In this document: in pieces, positions 51,378-60,333 of the stretch
How the letters are laid out: each line of letters starts with the position of its first letter
How positions within the stretch are numbered: position 1 is the first letter of the stretch
Notes under the pieces: generated by a model
Databases searched by the model: none
What the model saw: only the letters and a program-made list of their open reading frames with translations
Told to the model about the DNA's origin: nothing
Made by a program: the position numbers and the translations under genes
Origin: an uncultured bacterium
GTDB taxonomy: Bacteria > Patescibacteriota > Minisyncoccia > UBA6257 > GWB1-50-10
DNA length: 64,000 nt
Assembly (NCBI GenBank): GCA_963768835.1
Contig: CAVYJB010000001.1
Location: 281,903-345,902 of the forward strand
Direction: 5' to 3'

Positions 51378-52805
51378 CTAACTGAACACCAGGCGGTACC
51401 CGACTTTGATCGGCGCTTCGCTTTCGACGAGGAGCCCCGCTTCCACGCCCGCGGCCGCCTCGGCGACATCCTTGCGTCCGGATTGTAAGTTCAAAATCCT
51501 CCCCGCGCCGATGAGGCGCTTGTCCTGCCAGATCTCGAATGCTTCCTGATTCCTCACGGGGCCGAGGACGACGCGCCCGCCCACCACGCGTTCTTTTCCT
51601 TTCGGCGTCCCGAACACCGCGAGAATCTCGATTGCGCGCCTCTCGCGGACGATGGCGCCCCGCACGTATTTCCGGATCGCGTCCTCGAGTTCATAGATGA
51701 TGGGAGAGAGCAGGAGCGTGATGTGCCGCGCCTGCGCGAGATTCTGCGCGGCTCCGTCCGCTTTCACGCGGAACCCCACAACGAGCCCGGTGCCCATCTC
51801 CGCACCCTTGATGTCGGTCTCGTGAATATCGCCGACGCTCGCGGAGAGCACTCCGATGGTCGCGGATTCCGACGCGGCGATTTTTTGGATGAGGTCCTCG
51901 AGCGCTTCGAGGGAAGCTGCTTCGTCCGCTTTGATGAGAATCTCGAGCTCCCCTTCTTTGGGTTTCTCGGCGCGCGCCGCTGGTGCGACCGCCGCCATGG
52001 CGAGCGCCTTCATGACCGCGGCGTCCGCTCCCGCGAAGAACGGCTCGCCGAGCTTCGGAAGCTTCTCGAACCCGACGATGAGGGCGGGGGCGCTGGGGAT
52101 GAGCGCCGCAGCGCGCTTCCCCGTGAAATCCTCGAGGAGCTTCACTTTTCCGGAGGCGGACGCGGTCGCAATCCATTGCCCTGTCGTAAGGGTCCCGTTT
52201 TCGAGGATAATGCCCACCTGCACGCCCCGTTTCGGATCGAGCCGGGCGGAGAGGACCGCGCCCGCCGCGGGCGCGGCCGGGTCGTAGGTCAGTCCCTCCA
52301 TCTCGGAGGCGAGGAGTACGAGATCCAGGAGGTCCGAGACGCCGTCCCCGGTCTTCGCGGAGATAGGGTGCCAGGATACGTTGCCGCCGTACCCTTCGAG
52401 ATACACGCCGTTCTGGCTCAGGTCCTTCTTGGTCTTCTCCACGTCCGCCCCGGGCTTGTCCATCTTATTGATGGCAACGATAAACGGGAGTTTTGCTTCG
52501 TTTAGATGCTTGAGAGCGTCGAGCGTCTGGGGCTTCACGCTGTCGTCGGCCGCCACGACGAGGATGGCGAGGTCTGCGACGCGCGCACCGTGCGCGCGCA
52601 TGTTCGAGAACGCCTCGTGCCCCGGTGTGTCGATGAAGGTGATGCGTTTCCCGTTGTGCGTCGTCTCGTACGCGCCGATGGCTTGCGTGATACCGCCCGC
52701 CTCGCGCGCCGCGACGGAGGTTTTGCGGATGTAATCCAGAAGAGTTGTTTTCCCGTGATCCACGTGGCCAAGAACCGCCACGACGGGAGGGCGTTCGTGC
52801 ATCAT
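51378..52805 (-). CDS. infB: translation initiation factor IF-2, short form (475 aa, G-domain onward)
   Basis: VVAVLGHVDHGKTTLLD (G1), DTPGHEAF (G3), NKMD (G4), then domains II to C2; no long N-terminal region. Confidence 0.85.
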   Translation of the reverse strand: MMHERPPVVAVLGHVDHGKTTLLDYIRKTSVAAREAGGITQAIGAYETTHNGKRITFIDTPGHEAFSNMRAHGARVADLAILVVAADDSVKPQTLDALKHLNEAKLPFIVAINKMDKPGADVEKTKKDLSQNGVYLEGYGGNVSWHPISAKTGDGVSDLLDLVLLASEMEGLTYDPAAPAAGAVLSARLDPKRGVQVGIILENGTLTTGQWIATASASGKVKLLEDFTGKRAAALIPSAPALIVGFEKLPKLGEPFFAGADAAVMKALAMAAVAPAARAEKPKEGELEILIKADEAASLEALEDLIQKIAASESATIGVLSASVGDIHETDIKGAEMGTGLVVGFRVKADGAAQNLAQARHITLLLSPIIYELEDAIRKYVRGAIVRERRAIEILAVFGTPKGKERVVGGRVVLGPVRNQEAFEIWQDKRLIGAGRILNLQSGRKDVAEAAAGVEAGLLVESEAPIKVGYRLVFS

Positions 52806-52871
52806 ATTCGTCTTGTAAAGTTAGCAGAGAAATGCTATAAAAACAAGCAGTTTCAAGAATTTCGGATCAAC

Positions 52872-52958
52872 GGAGGGGTCGCATAGTGGCCTAGTGCGGC
52901 GCGGTGCTAACGCGCTGACCTCGAAAGGGGTCCGTGGGTTCGAATCCCACCCCCTCCG
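52872..52958 (+). tRNA. tRNA-Ser (GCT), type II
   Basis: GGAGGGG/TC/GCAT-AGTGGCCTA-GTGC/G/GCGCG-GTGCTAA-CGCGC/long variable arm TGACCTCGAAAGGGGTCC/GTGGG-TTCGAAT-CCCAC/CCCCTCC/G. TTGTAA-17 nt-TATAAA lies ~30 nt upstream. Confidence 0.8.
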
Positions 52959-53101
52959 CAGACAATATTTCTCATCGTGGAGCGCCTCGCTTAAGGTAGT
53001 GGTGCGGCCGAGACATATTTTCTCTTAAAAGGTTCGGGGATAAGTAATAAGTGGTATAATTCTTAAAAGGCCGTGCGCTTAATTAACCTCATAATAAAAA
53101 T

Positions 53102-53260
53102 ATGGTAAAAGGAAACTTTCTTGGTGCCGCGATTGTCGCAATAATCTACACGGTCTATATTGCATGGAATCCTCTTCCGTCACGCCCACAAACAGCAATA
53201 TTGTTGGTGGTTCTTAATGCTTTAACTATCGTGTTGATGGCTTTTGCATTTAAGGGGTAA
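53102..53260 (+). CDS. possible 52-aa two-TM peptide in the AT-rich spacer after tRNA-Ser
   Basis: Translation is MVKGNFLGAAIVAIIYTVYIAWNPLPSRPQTAILLVVLNALTIVLMAFAFKG. TGGTATAAT extended -10 at 53052-53060. Below the 60-aa cutoff; no RBS evident. Confidence 0.25.
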   Translation: MVKGNFLGAAIVAIIYTVYIAWNPLPSRPQTAILLVVLNALTIVLMAFAFKG

Positions 53261-53323
53261 AAGAGGAAATAAGAATTTACCGCCAAAGGAAACGATGGCC
53301 GTGCCGTTCGGGTCGCAGTGTCC

Positions 53324-53364
53324 CCGCAAAATAACCCGCCGTTGTGGCGGGTTTGATTTTGCGG
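53324..53364 (+). other. strong nested hairpin (CCGCAAAATAACCCGCCgttgtGGCGGGTTtgATTTTGCGG)
   Basis: About 16 bp of near-perfect inverted repeat. Not followed by a T-run, so it is not a canonical terminator. Confidence 0.5.
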
Positions 53365-53460
53365 AGGGGGAACGACACAATCAATTAGCTAAAGCTCGAG
53401 GAGCTTGAACGGTAAAGGTTCTAGACGGACCCTCACCGCAGACTGCTCCTCTATTCGTCC

Positions 53461-54378
53461 ATGGAACTTCCTGGAGAACTGAAGGCCTTGTATCGGCACT
53501 GGCCGCTGCACACCGCTCCGTCGCGGCAGCCGCACGCAAGCGGCGTACCGAGAGAAATCCTCTCCTTCGTCGAGGAACGGGTGAAAATCTGGCAACGCAA
53601 GACCGCCAAAGAATCACCTCCCTTTACGGCGGACCCCGTGCTTGCGCGCTACCGTTTCTGCAACATTCTGCGCGAACTCGACCGGCAAACGATCGAGTTC
53701 CACACGCTTCTGGAGGATCTTCGCGGCGATTTTCCGCTCTGGCTCCTCAACATGTTCTGTTGCCGGATGATTGCCCGGCCCGAAACGGTGCGCGCGGTCG
53801 GTCTGCTCTCCTTCGACAAGGCGGAGAACGAGAGGTGGTACAAGAAACTCATGGAATCCGAGCGGCCGCGCTTCGGCACGCCGTATGTGTTCCCCGTGAG
53901 CGTCATCCAGGGAGGCGCGACGCCGACCCGCGAGCTTTTCCTGGCGAGGCATCTGCCCGACGTGATCGGGGCGGTTGCCAACGAGGTGCGAACATGGGAC
54001 CGAAAATCCGTGTACGACGGGGTGCGGGCCGTGCTCCCGGTCTTCCGTTATCCTCTCTCGTTCCTATGGACCGAAGTCCTGATCGACACGGCGTATCAGT
54101 TCCCCGAACGACTGGATCTGTTCAGCCGTTTCCCCGTCGGGCCGGGCGCTCTCCCGACGTTCGAACGGTTCAATCCGGGCGAGGACCCTTCACGAGTGGT
54201 GCAGGCGCTCGGCGCGCTCGGCGTGACCATTGATATCTCGTATAATAACCTCCCAATCAGGCTCTCGGCGGAGAACTGGGAAGGCGTCGGCTGCGAATAC
54301 CGCAAGTACACCAACCTGAAACAGGGCAAGGGGAGGAAACGTATTTACGCGACCGGCTCCGCCCCAAGCTTATTCTAA
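53461..54378 (+). CDS. conserved hypothetical protein (305 aa) with a YRFCNILRELDRQT motif
   Basis: No secretion signal; predicted cytoplasmic. My only lead is a loose resemblance of the RYRFCN.LRELDR block to the thymine-hypermodification pyrophosphorylase-like (aGPT-Pplase) family; this is unverified. Confidence 0.5.
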   Translation: MELPGELKALYRHWPLHTAPSRQPHASGVPREILSFVEERVKIWQRKTAKESPPFTADPVLARYRFCNILRELDRQTIEFHTLLEDLRGDFPLWLLNMFCCRMIARPETVRAVGLLSFDKAENERWYKKLMESERPRFGTPYVFPVSVIQGGATPTRELFLARHLPDVIGAVANEVRTWDRKSVYDGVRAVLPVFRYPLSFLWTEVLIDTAYQFPERLDLFSRFPVGPGALPTFERFNPGEDPSRVVQALGALGVTIDISYNNLPIRLSAENWEGVGCEYRKYTNLKQGKGRKRIYATGSAPSLF

Positions 54379-54467
54379 AAAACGGGTACCTATCCTAATA
54401 AGATCGAATCGGAAACAGAAAACGTCACGAGAAAAAATGACGGGAAAAAGGTTATAATCTGAGACAC

Positions 54468-55256
54468 ATGATCGAAGTACGCAATCTGACGAAGAAATAC
54501 GGCGATATCGTGGCCGTGAACGATATTTCTTTCACGGTCAATGACGGAGAGGTGTTCGCTTTCCTCGGGCCCAACGGCGCGGGCAAAACCACGACCATCA
54601 AGATGCTCACGACGCTGCTCCATCCCACCGCGGGAACGATCAAGCTTGATGACATCGACCCCGTGCTCGAACCGGAGCTGGCGCGCCGGCAGTTCGGGAT
54701 CGTGTTCCAGGACCCGAGCTTGGACGACGACCTGACCGCTTGGGAAAACATGGACCTGCACGGCGTGCTTTACGACGTGCCGGACGCGCTGCGGAAACAG
54801 CGGTGCGAAGAGCTTCTGAAATTCGTCGATCTGTGGGACCGCAAGGACAGCTCGGTCAAGGAATTTTCCGGAGGCATGAAGCGCCGGCTCGAGATCGCCC
54901 GGGGACTTTTGCACGAACCCAAGATTCTTTTCCTCGACGAGCCGACGACGGGCCTCGATCCTCAGACAAGAAACCTCATGTGGGACCGCCTGCAGGAACT
55001 GAACAAGACCAAGAAAATGACGATTTTCCTCACGACCCATTACATGGAGGAGGCGGACAGGATGGCGGACCGCATCGCCATCATGGACCACGGCAAGATC
55101 ATCGCCACCGGGACTCCGGAGGAGCTCAAAAAGCAGACGAACACCGAATTCCTCGAGGACGCGTTCCTCGCGCTCACGGGCAAGACCATCCGCGAGGAGG
55201 GAGCCAGCTCCTCCGATCACGCGAGGACCATGGCCCGCCGCATGGGAAGAAGATAG
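54468..55256 (+). CDS. ABC transporter ATP-binding protein (ABC-2/DrrA-like)
   Basis: GPNGAGKTTT Walker A, LSGGMKRRLEIA signature, ILFLDEPTTGLD Walker B. The overlapping minus ORF 54390..55271 is rejected. Confidence 0.85.
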   Translation: MIEVRNLTKKYGDIVAVNDISFTVNDGEVFAFLGPNGAGKTTTIKMLTTLLHPTAGTIKLDDIDPVLEPELARRQFGIVFQDPSLDDDLTAWENMDLHGVLYDVPDALRKQRCEELLKFVDLWDRKDSSVKEFSGGMKRRLEIARGLLHEPKILFLDEPTTGLDPQTRNLMWDRLQELNKTKKMTIFLTTHYMEEADRMADRIAIMDHGKIIATGTPEELKKQTNTEFLEDAFLALTGKTIREEGASSSDHARTMARRMGRR

Positions 55257-55269
55257 CGCTCCCCTACGC

Positions 55270-56016
55270 ATGAAAAAGATCTATTACCTCTGGCTCCGGC
55301 AAATCAAGAAGTACCTGCGCTCCACGGCGCGCCTGGTCGGCTCCCTCGCCCAGCCGATCATTTTCCTCGTCATGTTCGGGTACGGATTCGGCAGCTCCTT
55401 CGGAGGCGGGGGCAACTATCTCGATTATCTCGCGCCCGGCATCATCGGCATGAGCATCATTTTCACCGCCATCTTCTCGGGCATCGAAGTGATCTGGGAC
55501 CGCCAGTTCGGGTTCTTGAAGGAAACCCTCGTGGCACCCATGCCGCGCATCGACGTCATGATCGGCAGAACCGTCGGCGGCGCGACCGTCGCCACCATCC
55601 AGGGCGTCATCGTGCTGCTCATCTCGTTCCTCTTCGGTTTCCACCCGGCGAGCTGGATCGCGATCATCCCTGCGCTATTCATCATGTTCCTGATCGCGCT
55701 CATTTTTTCGTCGATCGGCACGATAATCGGCTCGCTCCTCGAGGACATGCAGGCCTTCTCGCTCATCATGAATTTCCTCGTCATGCCGCTCTTCTTCCTC
55801 TCGGGCGCGCTGTTTCCGCTGCAAGGATTGCCGGCCTGGCTTTCCTTCGTCTCCCGCATCGACCCGCTCACGTACGGCGTCGACGCCCTGCGCGTCCTCC
55901 TCGCTAACATCGGTCATCACGATTTGGGGCTGGGAATGGATATCGTGGTCCTCGTGGTGGTCGCGTTGGCGTTCGTAGGAGCGGGCGGCTACTTCTTCGA
56001 GAAAATTGAGGTTTAA
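55270..56016 (+). CDS. ABC-2 family transporter permease
   Basis: Six hydrophobic segments; immediately downstream of the ATPase. Confidence 0.8.
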   Translation: MKKIYYLWLRQIKKYLRSTARLVGSLAQPIIFLVMFGYGFGSSFGGGGNYLDYLAPGIIGMSIIFTAIFSGIEVIWDRQFGFLKETLVAPMPRIDVMIGRTVGGATVATIQGVIVLLISFLFGFHPASWIAIIPALFIMFLIALIFSSIGTIIGSLLEDMQAFSLIMNFLVMPLFFLSGALFPLQGLPAWLSFVSRIDPLTYGVDALRVLLANIGHHDLGLGMDIVVLVVVALAFVGAGGYFFEKIEV

Positions 56017-56085
56017 CGGAGTACGATATAATAATATTATCCGATACGGATATCCTTTCTGTGAAACGACTTTTAGCATTTTATC

Positions 56086-57600
56086 GTGCATGGGGTCATC
56101 ATTATTCTCGCCGCCGCCGGCATCGCCGCGTGGTATGTCGCGTCGGACACGGTCCCCGCGCTCGATTCCTACACGGTCACGCGGGGTAACGTCGTCGAGG
56201 CGCTCGACGAGCCGGGGACGGTGGTCGCGGAAGACAAAGCGGATCTCTCGTTCCAAGAGACGGGGCAGATTGCGCACGTCTACGTGAAGGAAGGAAACGT
56301 GGTGGACACGGGGGCGGCGCTCGCGGACCTGGATCGCGCATCCCTCGAGACGAGCGTGGCGCAGGCGGACGCGGCCCTCGCCGCGGCTCAGGCGAAGCTC
56401 GACAAACTGGAAACGGGCGCCACGCCCGAAGAAATCGCGGTCTCCCAGACGGCGCTTTCGACGGCCGAGCAGACGCTTGCGAACACCTACACCGGGGTCG
56501 CGAACACGCTCGCCGACGCCTACGCGAAATCGAACGACGCGGTCCGTAACCAGCTCGCCGCTTTTTTCTCGAACGCGGAGATGGGCGACCCGCAACTCAC
56601 CTTCGGCGTGGACGATTCCCAGGCCGCCCTCAATGCCCAGAGCCTGCGGCTCTCCGCGAGCACCGAATTGAACGCATGGCAGGCGGGGCTCGCGACCACG
56701 ACCGCGAGCTCCTCGAACGCGATTCTCGATGCGGCACTCCAGAACGCGGCGGGTTTCCTCTCGCCGATCAAGAGCCTCATCGATGCCGCCATGACGGCGC
56801 TCACCAAAGAGACCGGCTTGCCGGCGGCGACCCTCGCGGCGTACGGAAGCTCCGGGCAGACGGGGCGCACCGAGGTGAACGCCGCGATCACGGAGATTAG
56901 CATTGCACAGCAGTCCATCGCGTCCCAGGAAGCCGCCATCTCGCAGGCGCAGGCGGGGCTCAATCTCACGGAGGCAAGCTCGACGCCGCAGGACATCGAG
57001 GGACAGCAGGCGGTCGTCGCGCAGGCGGAGGCCGCGGCCGCGGCGGCGCGGGTCGCGCTGAACAACACGTCGCTCCTCGCGCCGTTTCCCGGCACGGTGC
57101 AGGGCCTGACCGCGCAGGTCGGGCAGGTGGTCACGCCCGGCGGCCGGGTGCTCTCGCTCGTGAATAACGACGGGCTCAAGATCCAGGCATACGTTTCCGA
57201 AGCCGACGTCACGAAGGTCGCCGTCGGCGGCACGGCGGAGGTGACCCTGGACGCATTTGGCACCGGCACGGGGTTCCCGGCAACCGTGACGACGATCGAC
57301 AGCGCGGAGACGCCGGTCAACGGAACGCCCTCGTACCTCGTCACACTCCACTTCACGAACCCCGTACCCCAGGTGAAGGACGGCATGACAGGCAACGCGC
57401 ACATCGTTCTCGCCGAAGACGACAACGTGATCGCCATCCCGAGCCGTCTCGTGCTCAACAACGGCGGCAACGATTTCGTGCTCGTGAAAACCCCCACCGG
57501 AACCGCGCAAAAGCAGGTCCAGACCGGCCTTGTGGGCGACCACGGCACGACGGAGATCACCTCGGGAATCGGTGAAAGCGATATCCTCGCGGACTTCTAA
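56086..57600 (+). CDS. HlyD-family periplasmic adaptor / membrane fusion protein (long coiled coil)
   Basis: N-terminal TM anchor, beta-strand/lipoyl-like segments flanking an Ala/Gln-rich coiled coil of over 250 aa, and a C-terminal beta-barrel segment. Confidence 0.7.
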   Translation: MHGVIIILAAAGIAAWYVASDTVPALDSYTVTRGNVVEALDEPGTVVAEDKADLSFQETGQIAHVYVKEGNVVDTGAALADLDRASLETSVAQADAALAAAQAKLDKLETGATPEEIAVSQTALSTAEQTLANTYTGVANTLADAYAKSNDAVRNQLAAFFSNAEMGDPQLTFGVDDSQAALNAQSLRLSASTELNAWQAGLATTTASSSNAILDAALQNAAGFLSPIKSLIDAAMTALTKETGLPAATLAAYGSSGQTGRTEVNAAITEISIAQQSIASQEAAISQAQAGLNLTEASSTPQDIEGQQAVVAQAEAAAAAARVALNNTSLLAPFPGTVQGLTAQVGQVVTPGGRVLSLVNNDGLKIQAYVSEADVTKVAVGGTAEVTLDAFGTGTGFPATVTTIDSAETPVNGTPSYLVTLHFTNPVPQVKDGMTGNAHIVLAEDDNVIAIPSRLVLNNGGNDFVLVKTPTGTAQKQVQTGLVGDHGTTEITSGIGESDILADF

Positions 57601-57602
57601 CT

Positions 57603-58262
57603 ATGGCTCAAGAACAAGAAGAAGAAATGAAATCTGTGCAGAAGAAAAAGAGCGGCCGCGCGACCGCGTTCGCGATCCTCATCGTTCTCCTTGCCGTCGG
57701 CGCCATCGCCGGCACGGCCTACTGGCAGGCGTCCTCGAAGACGGTCTACATCGACCAGTCGGTCATCCAGGCGCCGATCATCAATCTCTCGCCGACGAAC
57801 TCCGGCCCCCTGCAGGCGGTGTTCGTGAAGGTCGGCGACATCGTGACCGCGAACCAGCCCATCGCCCGCGTCGGCGGCGGAATCGTCGAATCGAAAACGA
57901 GCGGCGAGATCGTTTCCATCGACCAGAACATCGGCGAGTCGGAGAACGCCGTGACCGGGCAGTCGGTCGTCGCGACGATGATCGACCCCACCCAGCTGCG
58001 CGTCGTGGGACACCTGGACGAGGACAAGGGGCTCGCGGACGTGAAGGTGGGCGACGTGGTGAAGTTCACCGTGGACACGTTCGGCGGAAAACAATACTAC
58101 GGCGTCGTCGACGAGATAGGCCAGACGTCGCAGGAGAGCGCGACCTCCAATATTTTCAACCAGCGCCCCGTAAACGAGTTCAATGTGAAGGTGCGCTTCA
58201 ACCCCGCGCGGTATCCCGAGCTCAAGGACGGCATGTCGGCGCGCATCTGGGTCTATAAGTAA
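57603..58262 (+). CDS. HlyD-like adaptor, short form lacking the coiled coil
   Basis: TM anchor, then biotinyl/lipoyl-like hairpin motifs (VKVGDIVTANQPIARV; VKVGDVVKFTVD). Confidence 0.55.
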   Translation: MAQEQEEEMKSVQKKKSGRATAFAILIVLLAVGAIAGTAYWQASSKTVYIDQSVIQAPIINLSPTNSGPLQAVFVKVGDIVTANQPIARVGGGIVESKTSGEIVSIDQNIGESENAVTGQSVVATMIDPTQLRVVGHLDEDKGLADVKVGDVVKFTVDTFGGKQYYGVVDEIGQTSQESATSNIFNQRPVNEFNVKVRFNPARYPELKDGMSARIWVYK

Positions 58263-58279
58263 GTAGCACCAGACCGCTG

Positions 58280-58453
58280 ATGAAACCACTCCGCTCCCTC
58301 GCGCTCCTCGGGAATGCCGCTTATATCCTTTGGGTACTGTATAACGGGATCGATGAAGGGTTCCGTAATATCGGGAGCGTCCAGAGCGTTGCGCTCATCG
58401 GCCTCATCCTCCTCCTCGTCCTGAACCTCGTCCTTCTATCGAAGGAGAAATAG
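58280..58453 (+). CDS. possible 57-aa two-TM peptide
   Basis: Translation is MKPLRSLALLGNAAYILWVLYNGIDEGFRNIGSVQSVALIGLILLLVLNLVLLSKEK; below the 60-aa cutoff. Confidence 0.3.
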   Translation: MKPLRSLALLGNAAYILWVLYNGIDEGFRNIGSVQSVALIGLILLLVLNLVLLSKEK

Positions 58454-58483
58454 AATGCCGCAGAATCACAGAGGCCGACGGGC

Positions 58484-59056
58484 CTATTTTTTTACCTTCT
58501 CCGCCAGGGAATAGTAATGCAGCGAGTTTCCCGATTGGAACTCCCGCGTCTTGAAAAGCTTCAGGCCCACCCTCCTGGAGAGGCCGGTGAAGAGCGAACT
58601 GCCCTTCCCCAGCGCGACCGGATTCACCATGATCCGGAATTCGTCGATCAGCCCCTCCTCTATCAGACCGACACAGAGATTATTGCTGCCGAATATCGCG
58701 ATCTCCTTGCCGGGCCGCGCCTTGAGCTTCCCGATCTCGCCTACGACGTTGTTCGAGACGACGGTGGTGCCTTTCCATTCCGGCTTGAACGGTTCGTGCG
58801 AAGCGACGATCTTCGGCGTTTCGTTCATGAACCGCGCGGTCTCCGGGTCCGCCGCCGTCCCCTGCGGCGTCGGCCAGAAGCCCGCCATCAGGTCGTAGGT
58901 CCAGTGCCCGAAGAGAATCGTGTCGACGAGTCCGTCCTGCTGCCCGTGCGCGAATGCATTGAACTCGGCATCCACGTTATGCCATGACAGGTCGTGGCCC
59001 ACACCCTCGAAGTAACCGTCCACGCTCACCATCATGAACAGGAAAATCTTCCTCAT
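58484..59056 (-). CDS. dihydrofolate-reductase-like (RibD C-terminal/YwjB family) protein
   Basis: MRKIFLFMMVSVDGYFEG...ILFGHWTYDLMAGFWP...IAIFGSNNLCVGLIEEGLIDEFRIMVNPVALGKG. Start at cat 59054-59056 with TACAAT 6 nt upstream on the coding strand. Confidence 0.65.
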   Translation of the reverse strand: MRKIFLFMMVSVDGYFEGVGHDLSWHNVDAEFNAFAHGQQDGLVDTILFGHWTYDLMAGFWPTPQGTAADPETARFMNETPKIVASHEPFKPEWKGTTVVSNNVVGEIGKLKARPGKEIAIFGSNNLCVGLIEEGLIDEFRIMVNPVALGKGSSLFTGLSRRVGLKLFKTREFQSGNSLHYYSLAEKVKK

Positions 59057-59160
59057 GGGAGTATTGTACCAAACGGGTCCATCCTCCGCGGAAACAAATA
59101 AGAAAGGCGTCCAGATTTGGTTCTGAACGCCTTTTACAATGCGTTTTCCCTGCTGAAGAT

Positions 59161-59574
59161 CTACACGGTGAATTCCCCGTACGCGCCGCCCGCAACAAGC
59201 GGGATCCAGACCGACACCTTCCTTATCGCCATCGGCCGATTCCCTCTCTGGTCGTCCAACCAGCAACACACATCTGCCAGGATCTTGCTTTTGCGCCCTT
59301 CGAGATCTTTGAGTCGCTCGGGATATTCGTTCGCAAACACGACGATCTCAACGTCGGCACTATGGACATCGAATTTCCCGAACTCCCGGACCTCAACCTC
59401 GACCTCACTCGAGGCCAACTCTGCTTTCGTGCCCGGCACCGAGAGAGCCCCGGCCACGATCGTCGTGAGATATCTTGTGAAGAGCCTGAGCGGATGCTTC
59501 TCAATGTCTCCAAGGAGAAGATCGTCCGTGGGCCCGAAGTATTTCTCTTTGGTCTTTACGATCACGTACGGCAT
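59161..59574 (-). CDS. hypothetical protein, possibly tautomerase-superfamily-like (Pro at position 2)
   Basis: MPYVIVKTKEKYF... N-terminus; 137 aa; weak call. Confidence 0.35.
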   Translation of the reverse strand: MPYVIVKTKEKYFGPTDDLLLGDIEKHPLRLFTRYLTTIVAGALSVPGTKAELASSEVEVEVREFGKFDVHSADVEIVVFANEYPERLKDLEGRKSKILADVCCWLDDQRGNRPMAIRKVSVWIPLVAGGAYGEFTV

Positions 59575-59769
59575 TGGCGTCCCCTTTCGTATTGGTGGAT
59601 GAAAAGAACGTGCTTACGCTGGGCACAGGATAGCATAAATTCATTTATTAGTCAATGTTCTCACTTGCCTCGCCGAGTCCGCCGACGTACCGTTTCTCAA
59701 AAATCCCCCGCCTCAAAGAGGTCGGGGGCTTTTGTATGTGTGCCGCGCTATGGCGGTCAAGGACCGGAG

Positions 59770-60174
59770 TCACCGGTCGGACGGACCCTCGGGAGGTATC
59801 CCTTCCGAGTTGCCGGGTTTGCGAGGATGCCGCCAGACGTACCGACGGACCGCATGAGTCCTTCGGCGACGTTCTTCGGGGGTCTCCTCGATCTTCCTGA
59901 TGTCGACGGTAGTGGGGCGATACGGCCGGCAATCGATGATGCCGCCCCACTGCCAGAAGAGGGTAACCTCATCCGAAACGACCTTGATCCAGAACCATCG
60001 GATTTGGCCGTCGGGGAGCGTGACCTTGAATCGATCGCGTTCTTCGCTCACCTCAAGCTTCGCCGTTTGGGCTATCATGAGGAATTTCCGGATAGATTCG
60101 TCGACACGCAGAACAGGTTTATGCGGCGCATGCGCAAGGAGCTTCTGCGCCAATTCGGTAGCCGTAAGGACCAT
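59770..60174 (-). CDS. hypothetical protein (134 aa)
   Basis: Chosen over the overlapping antisense plus-strand ORF 59362..60201, which is Arg/Pro-rich. Confidence 0.35.
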   Translation of the reverse strand: MVLTATELAQKLLAHAPHKPVLRVDESIRKFLMIAQTAKLEVSEERDRFKVTLPDGQIRWFWIKVVSDEVTLFWQWGGIIDCRPYRPTTVDIRKIEETPEERRRRTHAVRRYVWRHPRKPGNSEGIPPEGPSDR

Positions 60175-60333
60175 CCACGGCCCTCCTTTCTTCGCTTGTG
60201 ATGGGAAAGTGCTTCCGGCCTCCCAGGGACGGTATATTAATAGAACGTAGAAGAGCCTTCGGGGTTACCGGCGGTGTATAAAAGTCCCCTGGGCAAAAGC
60301 TGCCTAGGGGACTTCGGTTCAAGCTACCCGCCC

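Noticed and set aside
54390-55271. 293-aa minus-strand ORF
   Set aside because: It is antisense to an ABC ATPase that has all canonical motifs.
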